This document shows positions 18,264-27,648 of a stretch of 45,565 bases of DNA, piece by piece. The stretch's first letter is position 1; each line of letters begins with the position of its first letter. The stretch spans positions 1 through 45,565 of the forward strand of contig JAUXFX010000003.1 in the NCBI GenBank assembly GCA_030622635.1. The letters are read 5' to 3'. Under the pieces are notes generated by a model. It did not search any database, was not told the DNA's origin, and saw nothing but the letters and a program-made list of their open reading frames with translations. A program made the translations under genes and the position numbers. Source of the DNA: Bacteroidota bacterium. GTDB lineage: Bacteria > Bacteroidota > Bacteroidia > Bacteroidales > JADFUO01.

Positions 18264-20003
18264 ATGAATAATACAGAATTAATAAAAATAATTTTTTTTT
18301 CAATATTTTATTTATTTAGCAATTTAGCAGAAAGCCAGAATAAATATCCTCAATATTATTTCCGTTCACCTGTTGATTTTCCTGTCAAATTGTCGGGAAC
18401 TTTTGGCGAATTAAGAACAGACCATTTTCATTCGGGAATTGATATTAAAACCAACGGAAAGCAGGGAAAATTTATTTATGCAATTGCCGATGGTTATGTT
18501 TCAAGGATCAAAGTTTCTCCGTCAGGATTTGGAAAAGCTATTTATATTATTCATCCAAACGGGTATGTTTCGGTTTATGCCCATCTGAAAAAGTATAACA
18601 AAAAAATTGAAAAATTTGTCAGAGCAAAACAATATGAATGTGAGTTGTTTGCTATTCAGATTTTCCCTAAAAAAAATGGGTTTCCTGTTACAAAAGGAGA
18701 GATAATAGCTTTATCAGGAAATTCGGGAAGTTCAAATGGGCCTCATTTGCATTTTGAAATTAGAGAAACAAAAACCGAAATTCCAATAAATCCGTTGTTA
18801 TTTGGTATTGATGTGAAGGATTATGTTAAACCCAAGATCAGAACCCTGAAAGTTTATCCTTTTGATAGTAATAGCCGGGTTGACAGTAGTAGCTCCCCAG
18901 TTCAATATAAAGTTGTTGGTTGGGGACAATTACACCGTATAGAAAATTATGATACACTTGACATTTCGGGGAAGATCGGATTTGGCATTCAAACTTATGA
19001 TTTGCTTAATGATGTGAATAATAAGAACGGCGTGTATTCAATTGAACTTTATGTGGATTCGGTTTTGTATTATTCGCACAGCTTGGAAAAATTTTCATTT
19101 AATGAGTCGCGTTATATTAATAGTTTTATTGATTACAAGGAGTTTAAGCAGAATAAAAGACGAATTCAGAAGAATTATATTGACCCGAATAATAAATTAA
19201 GTATTTATGATAGTATTATCAATCGTGGCTGGGTCACTTTTTCAGATACATCATATCATAATATTACTTATATTGTTAAAGATGTTAAAAAAAATACTTC
19301 AAAGCTGCTTTTTACAATTAAAAGTCATTTATGTGAAAATAGTGATACTGTAATACATGATTCAACTTATGTTTCAGAGAATAGATTTTTATATGATACT
19401 GCAAACAGTTTTGAAAATGAAAAAATTAAAATTTACTTTCCTGAAAATAGTTTTTACGATTCTTTTAATTTTATTTATTCTGAATCCGAATCAATAGAAG
19501 AAGGTTTTTCAAAAGTTTATCATCTTCATAATGAATATACTCCTGTACATAAAAGATTTAAATTATCCATAAAAACGGATTCTTTACCGGAATTCCTAAG
19601 GGAAAAAGCTATAATTGTAAGACTGAATAAAAATGACGACCTAAGGACAAGAGGCGGAAAATGGAAGAACGGTTTCATAACAGCTAAAGTCAGGGAATTT
19701 GGAAGATATACTGTTGTTGTTGACACAATTGCTCCTGAAATAAAACCAGTAAATATTCATAATAAAAAGAAAATTTACAATTATAAAACTATTAAGATAA
19801 AGATTATTGATGATCTTTCAGGAATAAAATTTTATCGTGGCACAATGAACGACAAATGGATTTTAATGGAGTATGATGCTAAAAACGACCTTCTTACATA
19901 TTTTATTGATGACAGGATAAAAAAGGGAACTAACCTTTTTAAACTTGAGGTGAAAGATGAAAGAGGTAATTTGTCGGTTTATAAGGCGGTTTTGGATTAT
20001 TAA
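18264..20003 (+). CDS. M23 family metallopeptidase (Bacteroidota long form)
   Basis: GELRTDHFHSGIDIK (HxxxD), YAHL, GPHLHFEIR (HxH) motifs; signal peptide. Confidence 0.93.
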   Translation: MNNTELIKIIFFSIFYLFSNLAESQNKYPQYYFRSPVDFPVKLSGTFGELRTDHFHSGIDIKTNGKQGKFIYAIADGYVSRIKVSPSGFGKAIYIIHPNGYVSVYAHLKKYNKKIEKFVRAKQYECELFAIQIFPKKNGFPVTKGEIIALSGNSGSSNGPHLHFEIRETKTEIPINPLLFGIDVKDYVKPKIRTLKVYPFDSNSRVDSSSSPVQYKVVGWGQLHRIENYDTLDISGKIGFGIQTYDLLNDVNNKNGVYSIELYVDSVLYYSHSLEKFSFNESRYINSFIDYKEFKQNKRRIQKNYIDPNNKLSIYDSIINRGWVTFSDTSYHNITYIVKDVKKNTSKLLFTIKSHLCENSDTVIHDSTYVSENRFLYDTANSFENEKIKIYFPENSFYDSFNFIYSESESIEEGFSKVYHLHNEYTPVHKRFKLSIKTDSLPEFLREKAIIVRLNKNDDLRTRGGKWKNGFITAKVREFGRYTVVVDTIAPEIKPVNIHNKKKIYNYKTIKIKIIDDLSGIKFYRGTMNDKWILMEYDAKNDLLTYFIDDRIKKGTNLFKLEVKDERGNLSVYKAVLDY

Positions 20004-20084
20004 AGTAAAAATTGTGTAAGCAAGTATGAGATTCAGAACCGCTAACCAGCTTTAAAACAAAATGCAAAATTTCCAATTTCCAAT

Positions 20085-21440
20085 TTATAACTTAAACCAC
20101 CCTTCTTTAAAATGTTTTTTTCTCGATTTGCATTTATCGGAAATTAATGAAAATTCAAGAACATTATCTTTTAAATTTATGCGGTAAGTTCCTTCAATTC
20201 CACTACATACATCTGAATCGGGTTTATAAAGAAAAATAATTTTATTTCCTTCAATTTTATAAGTGCCTTGGGTGCTTGCTGCAGATTCAACTGAAGGATA
20301 GTCAATAGTAAATGTTCCGTTGGAGTTTATTGTCAGCATGGCGCCGTCCATATTACTTACCCATGTTGTTTCAAATAAAAATTTGTTTTTGAAAACAGTT
20401 ACGGGTTTTGAATGTTTTTTTAGAAATGAGACCATCTTGGAATAAATTGTTTGCCATTCATTTCCGAACCAGAATAGATGTCCTAAGCCATCAAATGTAT
20501 AAAATTCGGCATTTGGGACGGTTTTAGCAACGAATTCACCATTATCAAATTCCACATCCCTGTCAACTTTACTTTGTGTGACAAGCGTGGGAACTTTTAT
20601 TTTTTCAAGGGGGTATCTCGGGATTTTTGCTGCATATTCAATTTCACTGTTTAATCCGGTTTTTCGTTTGCTCATTGGAGAAATCATATTAATTAATGCT
20701 TCTAATTTTTCAACCTCTTTAGGATCTTTCATGATTTCTTCGGCAAGTTGCTTTGTTTTATTTTTATCGTAAAAAGTTTCAAGCTGAAGATATTCATCAA
20801 ACAATGATACCGGAGTATATTTTACTGCCAGGTATTGTATCCATCCAGACAGATCACTACCAAATTTTGATAAGAACAATTTTCCCAAAAAGGAGTCTTT
20901 GGCTTTCTGACTTGGGAGATATTTTTTACTTACAGCATCCTGCATTATCAATCCTTTGCAGCGGCCGGGATGTCGGAGTGCAAACTGTAGTGCAGTGGGA
21001 CCGCCAAGAGATATTCCAAGCATAAATACTTTTTCTTTTATTTTAAGAGCATCCAGCAAAGCAGCCATCATGTCTGCCTGCTCTTCAAAAGCAGGCCCTA
21101 CATCTAATGGTGTGCGAAGGTATCCCGGACGAGACGGACAAAGCAATGTAAATCCTTCATCCACTAGATCTTTATACATGTAAATATTATCATAGCCTGT
21201 AGCCCCTCCATGCGAAATCAATATCACAGGTCCTTTGCCCATTTTGGCATACTCAACCGGACCAACTGAAGTTTGAATAATTTGACTCCCGTGTTCCAGA
21301 CTGCTGATCAAGTTGCTTTTCCATGAATAAAAACTGATGAGACCGGCAATGATCAATAGTATAATTATTGATAAAAGGATTAGCAATATCTTTTTTATTA
21401 TGCCTGTTTTTTTTTTTATAGCTTTTCTTTTTTTATTCAC
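20085..21440 (-). CDS. Membrane-anchored alpha/beta hydrolase with extra C-terminal beta domain
   Basis: N-terminal TM helix, HGG oxyanion motif, SRPGYLRT, GISLGG nucleophile elbow, DRDV, GLGH catalytic His; about 100-aa C-terminal extension with two Cys; GTG start. Confidence 0.88.
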   Translation of the reverse strand: MNKKRKAIKKKTGIIKKILLILLSIIILLIIAGLISFYSWKSNLISSLEHGSQIIQTSVGPVEYAKMGKGPVILISHGGATGYDNIYMYKDLVDEGFTLLCPSRPGYLRTPLDVGPAFEEQADMMAALLDALKIKEKVFMLGISLGGPTALQFALRHPGRCKGLIMQDAVSKKYLPSQKAKDSFLGKLFLSKFGSDLSGWIQYLAVKYTPVSLFDEYLQLETFYDKNKTKQLAEEIMKDPKEVEKLEALINMISPMSKRKTGLNSEIEYAAKIPRYPLEKIKVPTLVTQSKVDRDVEFDNGEFVAKTVPNAEFYTFDGLGHLFWFGNEWQTIYSKMVSFLKKHSKPVTVFKNKFLFETTWVSNMDGAMLTINSNGTFTIDYPSVESAASTQGTYKIEGNKIIFLYKPDSDVCSGIEGTYRINLKDNVLEFSLISDKCKSRKKHFKEGWFKL

Positions 21441-21517
21441 AATTTATTTGTTATTTAAAATTTGTTATTTGGTGCTTTATTTCAAAATTTGTTTGACTTT
21501 ATAGATACAGACTAAAT
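21441..21517. mobile_element. Partial copy (right end) of the MITE-like element at 25670-25927
   Basis: aatttatttgttatttaaaatttgttatttggtgcttt...tttgactttatagatacagactaaat aligns with 25850-25927. Confidence 0.6.
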
Positions 21518-21603
21518 AATACACAATTATATTTTTCCGACTGCTAAATTAATATTTTCAGGGGAAAATAATAATTAAATTTTGAGTTCTGAATTCTTAA
21601 TTC

Positions 21604-21611
21604 TAAATTTG
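21604..21611 (+). promoter_or_regulatory. Bacteroidota sigmaA -7 element (TAAATTTG) for guaA
   Basis: Exact TAnnTTTG about 65 nt upstream of the guaA ATG. Confidence 0.5.
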
Positions 21612-21676
21612 TAAGTTTAATTGCTAATGGAATATAAGGCTGTAAAAAAATATTTAATTTAAAGAGTAATATCTCA

Positions 21677-23206
21677 ATGGAAGAAACAATAATAATCCTG
21701 GATTTCGGTTCACAATACACACAATTGATAGCTCGCAGAGTGAGGGAACTAAATGTTTATTGCGAGATACATCCTTTTAATAAGATTCCTGTAATTACTT
21801 CAAATGTCAAGGGTGTGATATTTTCCGGAAGTCCATATTCAATTATGGATATAGATTCTCCAAAACCCGGACTTGAATTGATTAAATCAAAAATACCTGT
21901 TCTCGGAGTTTGTTATGGTGCTCAATATATGGCTCATGTGGATGGAGGAGAAGTTCGGAAGTCAAAAAACAGGGAATACGGAAGGGCCAATCTTTTATAT
22001 ATTGATCGTAAAAGTCCTTTGCTTAAAGGAATTTCAAATGATAGTCAGGTTTGGATGTCGCATGGTGACACTATTCTAAGTATTCCTGAAAATTACGAAA
22101 TCATAACCAGCACAACTGATGTTAAAATTGCAGGATATCAGATTAAAAATGAAAAAACTTTTGGTATCCAGTTTCACCCGGAGGTTTATCATACACCAGA
22201 AGGAAGTGTTTTACTAAAAAATTTTATTGTTGATATTTGCGGCTGTTCTCAATCATGGACACCCGATTCGTTTATTAAATCAACAATAGATAATTTGAAG
22301 AAAAAAATTGGAAATGATAAAGTTGTTTTAGGTTTATCAGGTGGTGTTGATTCGTCGGTTGCAGCAATGCTGTTATATGAAGCTATTGAAGATAATTTGT
22401 TTTGCATTTTTATTGATAACGGCTTATTAAGGAAATTTGAGTTTGAAAGCGTTTTGGATCAATATAAAAATGTGGGTCTGAATGTAAAAGGTGTTAATGC
22501 AAAAGATCGTTTTCTGGATGCTTTGAAAGGGATTTCCGAGCCTGAGAAAAAAAGAAAAGTTATTGGTAATACATTTATTGAAGTTTTTGATGAAGAAGCT
22601 CATAAGATTGAAGATGTTGAGTGGCTGGCACAGGGAACGATTTATCCGGATGTTATTGAATCGATTTCGGTTAACGGACCATCTGCAACAATAAAATCCC
22701 ATCACAATGTAGGTGGGTTACCCGATTTTATGATTCTTAAAGTTATTGAGCCATTAAATTCTTTATTTAAGGATGAAGTTAGAAGAATAGGAAAAGCACT
22801 TGCTATGCCGCCAGAAATAATTGGCAGGCATCCTTTTCCGGGTCCCGGTATGGGAATAAGGGTTTTAGGTGAAGTAACCAGAGAGAAAGTTCGTATCTTG
22901 CAGGATGTGGATTTTTTATATATTGAAGGTCTGAAAAAATATGGCTTATATGATAAAGTATGGCAGGCAGCTGCAATCTTACTGCCTGTTCAGTCAGTAG
23001 GTGTGATGGGTGATGAAAGAACTTATGAAAATGTTGTAGCTTTGAGGGCGGTAGGTTCAACTGATGGTATGACTGCCGACTGGTCGCACCTTCCTTATGA
23101 CTTTCTGGCTAGGATTTCAAGTGATATTATTAATAAAGTGAAAGGTGTGAACAGAGTAGTTTATGATATAAGCTCAAAACCACCTGCTACTATTGAATGG
23201 GAATAA
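21677..23206 (+). CDS. guaA: GMP synthase (glutamine-hydrolysing)
   Basis: [47 protein letters not shown]. Confidence 0.98.
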   Translation: MEETIIILDFGSQYTQLIARRVRELNVYCEIHPFNKIPVITSNVKGVIFSGSPYSIMDIDSPKPGLELIKSKIPVLGVCYGAQYMAHVDGGEVRKSKNREYGRANLLYIDRKSPLLKGISNDSQVWMSHGDTILSIPENYEIITSTTDVKIAGYQIKNEKTFGIQFHPEVYHTPEGSVLLKNFIVDICGCSQSWTPDSFIKSTIDNLKKKIGNDKVVLGLSGGVDSSVAAMLLYEAIEDNLFCIFIDNGLLRKFEFESVLDQYKNVGLNVKGVNAKDRFLDALKGISEPEKKRKVIGNTFIEVFDEEAHKIEDVEWLAQGTIYPDVIESISVNGPSATIKSHHNVGGLPDFMILKVIEPLNSLFKDEVRRIGKALAMPPEIIGRHPFPGPGMGIRVLGEVTREKVRILQDVDFLYIEGLKKYGLYDKVWQAAAILLPVQSVGVMGDERTYENVVALRAVGSTDGMTADWSHLPYDFLARISSDIINKVKGVNRVVYDISSKPPATIEWE

Positions 23207-23352
23207 TGGAGTAATGGAGTAATGGAGTAATGGAGTAATGGAGTAATGGAAATAGGGAAATAAGGGGAATAAGGGAAATAGGGGTTTAGCCTTTTCACTT
23301 TAGCCTTTAGCCTTTTCACTTTAGCTTCCCCCTATACCATTTAACAATTTAC
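23204..23352. repeat. Composite tandem array: (TAATGGAG)x5 plus one variant, 9-bp ATARGGRAA x4, then 7-bp TTTAGCC/TTTTCAC x6
   Basis: Read directly; the first unit includes the guaA TAA stop codon. Confidence 0.9.
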
Positions 23353-23431
23353 CCTTAAAGCCACAAAATAGAAATTGATTATTTAGCTGATTAGTTGCTG
23401 ATTTTTTTTAATTCAAAAAAAATAATATAAA

Positions 23432-25675
23432 GTGAGAAAAAATATTGTTCTGTTAATTGTTTTTAGCTTTTTTATCGGAAACCTGATTTATGCCCAGGAA
23501 AATGTTCCGGTTACAAAAACCACTGTTGTTAAAAGCATTAATGGAAAAGATTATTATATGCACAAGGTAGAAAAAGGGCAAACATTATATTCTATTTCAA
23601 AAGTTTACAATGTTCCCATTGACGATATTATTTATGAAAACCCAGGTGCAAAATCAGGAATAATAATTAATCAGATTTTAAAGATACCTTTGGTTAGCCG
23701 TGAATCGGAAATATCAAAAACATTAAGCAGGAAAGATTTTGAATTTTTTTATCATGTAGCAAGGCGAGGTGAAAGATTTAAAGATGTTGCTGATATATAT
23801 ATGGTATCAGTTAATAATTTAAAAATGGCTAATCCTGATGTTGTTGAGCCGATGAAAGAAGGTGAATATGTAAAAATTCCAGTGGTTATTAAGGAATCCA
23901 AACCGGTAAAAACTTACGAGAAACCTAAAATAAAACATCAAAAACCTCCTGTAACTGATCAAAAACCTCAGGATATCAGTGATGATGAGTATATAAATCA
24001 TATTGTAAAAAAGGGAGAAAATCTATACAGGATTGCCTTATCATATAAAATCAGTATAGACAGTTTGAAAATTATTAATCCGGGTTTGTCTGAAAAACTG
24101 AAGATCGGACAGATTATAAAAATTCCGAAAAAAAAATCCGATAAGGGTTTCATCAATCATACGATTCAAAAAAGATCAAATGTAAAACGGATTGCAAAAA
24201 AGTATGATATGGATGTAATGGAAATACTTGAAATAAATCCTCTCGTTGATTATAAATTAAGAAAAGGGCAGATATTAAAAATTCCTGTTGAAGAAATTAT
24301 TTTGGATTCTGAAGCCTTATCCGATACTTTACCCGGAGATTTTATAAAAAAAGAAAAACTGCTGAATATAGATAGTATAAGGTGTAACCAAGCATTTAAA
24401 AATATTGAAAAAACCTATAATGTTGCCCTTATGCTTCCGTTTTATCTTGAAGAAGCTGATAGTCTGATTATTGAAGAACCTTTTGAAATTGATTATATCT
24501 TATCAGCAAAACCATTTAATTTTATACAGTTTTATGAAGGGTTTATGTTGGCGGTTGATTCATTAAAAAAATCAGGATTAAAATTACGCTTGTTTGTTTA
24601 TGATGTAGATCAAAATATTACAAAAACTATTAAAGTTCTGCAACAACCCGAATTAAGCACTATTGACCTGATTATCGGCCCTTTATACAGTAAGAGTTTT
24701 GCTTTGACATCAAATTTTGCTAAAATTTTTAATATAAAAATTGTAAATCCCTTATCAGGCAGAAATGAAATTTTGTATAACAATCCTCATGTTTATAAAG
24801 TTAATCCTTCACTAAATGCTCAAGCAGAACAGGTAGCAGAATTTATAAAAGAATATTATCCTGATGCAAAAATTATTTTTGCCCGCCATAATAAATACCG
24901 TGGAACTAAGGAAATTAACCGTTTTGAAAAAGCGTTAAAAAATGTAATGAACGAAAGCGTATTAATACCTAATGTTTTACTTTATAATATTTTAATAGAA
25001 TGTTCGGAAAATGATACTGCTTTGGTTGTAGGTGAATTAATGGAAAATGTTCAGGTTGAAGAAAATGTAATTTTTAGGGATCAACTGGAAAATTTATTAG
25101 ACGATAGTACAAGGTTCAGGAATTATATTACCGAAGTAATTTATGATCGCGACAGCATATATGGTGTTATTAATAATGCTTCGGTTGCCCGTGAAAATAT
25201 AATTTTAACTTTTACAAATGATAAAGTATTTGTTTTGGATTTCCTTACAAAGTTAAAAGTACTGAGAGATACTTTTGATATTAAAGTAATTGGTTTGCCT
25301 GTGTGGAATAAATTCAATGATATTGAAGCCGGGCTATTTATAAATTTAAAACTACATGTGTTTTCTCCAACTTACATCAATTATAATGAAGATAATACCA
25401 AAAACTTTGTTTTGGGATTTCGTTCAAAATATCGAACAGAACCACAGCAATATGCTTTTGAGGGATTTGATATCGCATTTTATTTTTTAAGTGCATTAAT
25501 GAAATTTGGAAAAGATTTTGATAATTGCCTGCCATATTTTTATCCGGGTTTATTACATACTAAATTAAATTTTGAAAGAAATTCACCTAACAATGGATAT
25601 GGAAATACTTATTGGAATATTTATAAATATGAGGATTATAAACTAAAGAAACTCCCAAATCCAGCATTCAATTAG
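23432..25675 (+). CDS. LysM peptidoglycan-binding protein with C-terminal periplasmic-binding (PBP1-like) domain
   Basis: Signal peptide, four LysM repeats (HKVEKGQTLYSISK, HIVKKGENLYRIA and others), YNVALMLPF, QFYEG, DLIIGP, YAFEGFD; follows guaA as commonly seen in Bacteroidota. Confidence 0.9.
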   Translation: MRKNIVLLIVFSFFIGNLIYAQENVPVTKTTVVKSINGKDYYMHKVEKGQTLYSISKVYNVPIDDIIYENPGAKSGIIINQILKIPLVSRESEISKTLSRKDFEFFYHVARRGERFKDVADIYMVSVNNLKMANPDVVEPMKEGEYVKIPVVIKESKPVKTYEKPKIKHQKPPVTDQKPQDISDDEYINHIVKKGENLYRIALSYKISIDSLKIINPGLSEKLKIGQIIKIPKKKSDKGFINHTIQKRSNVKRIAKKYDMDVMEILEINPLVDYKLRKGQILKIPVEEIILDSEALSDTLPGDFIKKEKLLNIDSIRCNQAFKNIEKTYNVALMLPFYLEEADSLIIEEPFEIDYILSAKPFNFIQFYEGFMLAVDSLKKSGLKLRLFVYDVDQNITKTIKVLQQPELSTIDLIIGPLYSKSFALTSNFAKIFNIKIVNPLSGRNEILYNNPHVYKVNPSLNAQAEQVAEFIKEYYPDAKIIFARHNKYRGTKEINRFEKALKNVMNESVLIPNVLLYNILIECSENDTALVVGELMENVQVEENVIFRDQLENLLDDSTRFRNYITEVIYDRDSIYGVINNASVARENIILTFTNDKVFVLDFLTKLKVLRDTFDIKVIGLPVWNKFNDIEAGLFINLKLHVFSPTYINYNEDNTKNFVLGFRSKYRTEPQQYAFEGFDIAFYFLSALMKFGKDFDNCLPYFYPGLLHTKLNFERNSPNNGYGNTYWNIYKYEDYKLKKLPNPAFN

Positions 25676-25927
25676 TGTCCGTCTATAAATTCCGAAAGTT
25701 TAAATAAATATTAAAAATCACAAATGACAAGCACCAAAATACAAAACTTGTCCGTACGAAGCAAAGCAAGTCCGTATGGATGGATAAATCTCAATGACCA
25801 AAATCTCAATATTCAAAGCTGTTTTGAACATTTGATCATTGATATTTGTAATTTATTTGTTATTTGTTATTTGTTATTTGGTGCTTCATTTTATGTAAAT
25901 CTTTGACTTTAAAGACAGGCACTAATT
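25670..25927. mobile_element. MITE-like non-autonomous element with imperfect 23-bp terminal inverted repeats and internal heptamer hairpin
   Basis: Left AATTAGTGTCCGTCTATAAATTC versus reverse complement of right end AATTAGTGCCTGTCTTTAAAGTC (19/23); internal aagcaccaaa.../...tttggtgctt inverted arms; no transposase. Confidence 0.65.
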
Positions 25928-25942
25928 AAAATCTTTCAAGAA

Positions 25943-26614
25943 ATGACCGGAAAAATACATTTAGTTATTTTTATTTCTATCCCGTTAATTATACTTATTA
26001 GCAGTTGTAATAAGAAAAAGATAAATTATTGGGAAAACGGAAATAAAAAATCGGAAATACTATACAAAAAAGGAAAAATTGATGGTATTGCTGTTTGGTG
26101 GTATGAAAACGGGAAAAAACAATTGGAATCAAATTATAAAGATAATATTTTAAATGGTTTGACTATCAGGTGGTATGATAACGGAGTTAAACAATCCGAG
26201 GCTAATTACTTAAACAATATGCTAAACGGAACTTCTATAGAATGGAATGTGTCAGGAAAAAAAATATCAGAGGAAAACTATGTTAATGATACTTTACATG
26301 GCAGTTATAAAAAATGGCATCCCATTGGTGAACTTCAAATTGAAGGTTCGTATTATAAGGGCAAGTTTGACGGATTATGGTATTATTATGATTTCAATGG
26401 TAAAGTTGTAGGTTCTGCAAATTTTCATAAAGGAACAGGCAAACAAAAAGCCTGGTACTCTAACGGGCAACTTAAAAGAGAAATTAATTATATTAATAAT
26501 TTAAAAGATGGCAAAGAGCGTTGGTGGTATGATGACGGAAAGTTGCAAAAAGTGATCACTTATGAATTTGGTGAAATAATTTCAGAGGAATCTTATTATA
26601 CTGATAGAAATTGA
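25943..26614 (+). CDS. MORN-variant repeat lipoprotein (YwqK-like)
   Basis: Lipobox LISS-C; repeated WYENG/WYDNG/WYSNG...Y units. Confidence 0.88.
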   Translation: MTGKIHLVIFISIPLIILISSCNKKKINYWENGNKKSEILYKKGKIDGIAVWWYENGKKQLESNYKDNILNGLTIRWYDNGVKQSEANYLNNMLNGTSIEWNVSGKKISEENYVNDTLHGSYKKWHPIGELQIEGSYYKGKFDGLWYYYDFNGKVVGSANFHKGTGKQKAWYSNGQLKREINYINNLKDGKERWWYDDGKLQKVITYEFGEIISEESYYTDRN

Positions 26615-26705
26615 GAATTGAGATTTGAGATTTTAGAATTAAGATTTAAAATTTAAGATTTTAGATTTCAGAATTTCTAATTTCTAATTTCCAATTTCCA
26701 ATTTA
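26607..26705. repeat. Facing 7-bp repeat arrays (AGAWTTD xN / AATTTCY xN) between convergent genes
   Basis: gaaattgagaattgagatttgagattttagaattaagattt... then aatttctaatttctaatttccaatttccaattt; overlaps both stop codons. Confidence 0.85.
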
Positions 26706-27575
26706 TACCTTCTTATAATTTTTATGTCGTCCGATTTCCAAACCGGTTGCTTTTTCCATATAATTAAGGAATTTTAGTCTGGGCGAGAGTTTTATTCCTT
26801 GGGTCGGATCAAAGTCGAAAGTCCAGTTTTGTTTGCTGATCCTTTCTTTCATAACCTCGGGATGTTCACCTTCAAATCTGGTAAGTGTATCAATTTTTGA
26901 ATAATCAAATTTATTTGTTTGAGCAATATATTTTTCAACATAATCATCGTTATGCCAAAGTTTTTCAAAAGCTTCACGTTTTGCTTGCTGTGCTTTCGGA
27001 TGTTTTACCCATCCATAGTGATAGATTGTTGCATTTACAGGTTTAACTTTTAAGAGTTTATTATTTTTTCTGAAACTCATCGCATCTTTCCATGAATGGA
27101 TTTGTTTATCGTTTCTGATAACACGAATTTGATTATATAACCATTTTCTTGAATCGGCAATATAATCATACGAACCGTAAAAATTAATATGTTTAAAAAG
27201 TAAGCCCTCAACTTTTGGATTATCTTTCCATTTTAACATTGCTTCCTTTATTGCCGGCATATCTTTTTCCGACATTATCTCATCAGCCTGGATATAGAAT
27301 GCCCAATCACTGTCAGGAGAAATGGCATCAAATGCTTTATCGGTTTCAACAGCCAGCACTTTTCCTCCTTCTCTTAAAGAATCATCCCAGATGGTTTCAA
27401 TAATCCTGATTTTTTCTGAATCTATACTTTTAATTAATCCCAGTGTATCATCCTCTGAATTACCTACTGTCACAATTACTTCATCGCAAACCGGAAGAAT
27501 GGATCTTATTGCCTCAACAATGGGAAAATCAAATTTAATTCCGTTTCTGATAATTGTAAAGCCCGAAACTTTCAT
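26703..27575 (-). CDS. Glycosyltransferase family 2 protein
   Basis: MKVSGFTIIRNG, SILPVCDE, YIQADE (DxD-like), IYHYGWVK motifs. Confidence 0.9.
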   Translation of the reverse strand: MKVSGFTIIRNGIKFDFPIVEAIRSILPVCDEVIVTVGNSEDDTLGLIKSIDSEKIRIIETIWDDSLREGGKVLAVETDKAFDAISPDSDWAFYIQADEIMSEKDMPAIKEAMLKWKDNPKVEGLLFKHINFYGSYDYIADSRKWLYNQIRVIRNDKQIHSWKDAMSFRKNNKLLKVKPVNATIYHYGWVKHPKAQQAKREAFEKLWHNDDYVEKYIAQTNKFDYSKIDTLTRFEGEHPEVMKERISKQNWTFDFDPTQGIKLSPRLKFLNYMEKATGLEIGRHKNYKKV

Positions 27576-27598
27576 TTTTTATTGATAAAAATTCCGGG

Positions 27599-27606
27599 CA
27601 AAGTTA
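27599..27606 (-). promoter_or_regulatory. Bacteroidota sigmaA -7 element (TAACTTTG) for the GT2 gene
   Basis: Exact TAnnTTTG 23 nt upstream of the ATG, suggesting GT2 is transcribed independently of the protease. Confidence 0.55.
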
Positions 27607-27648
27607 CAAAAAGATAATTTTGAATAATATTTTTTAGAAAAACAAATA

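Noticed and set aside
25724-25906. 60-aa ORF between the LysM and MORN genes
   Set aside because: Lies wholly within the MITE-like repeat; its sequence is a translation of heptamer arrays.
25943-26614. Toxin-antitoxin system suggested by a YwqK-like label
   Set aside because: It is a MORN-variant repeat lipoprotein with no adjacent toxin gene.
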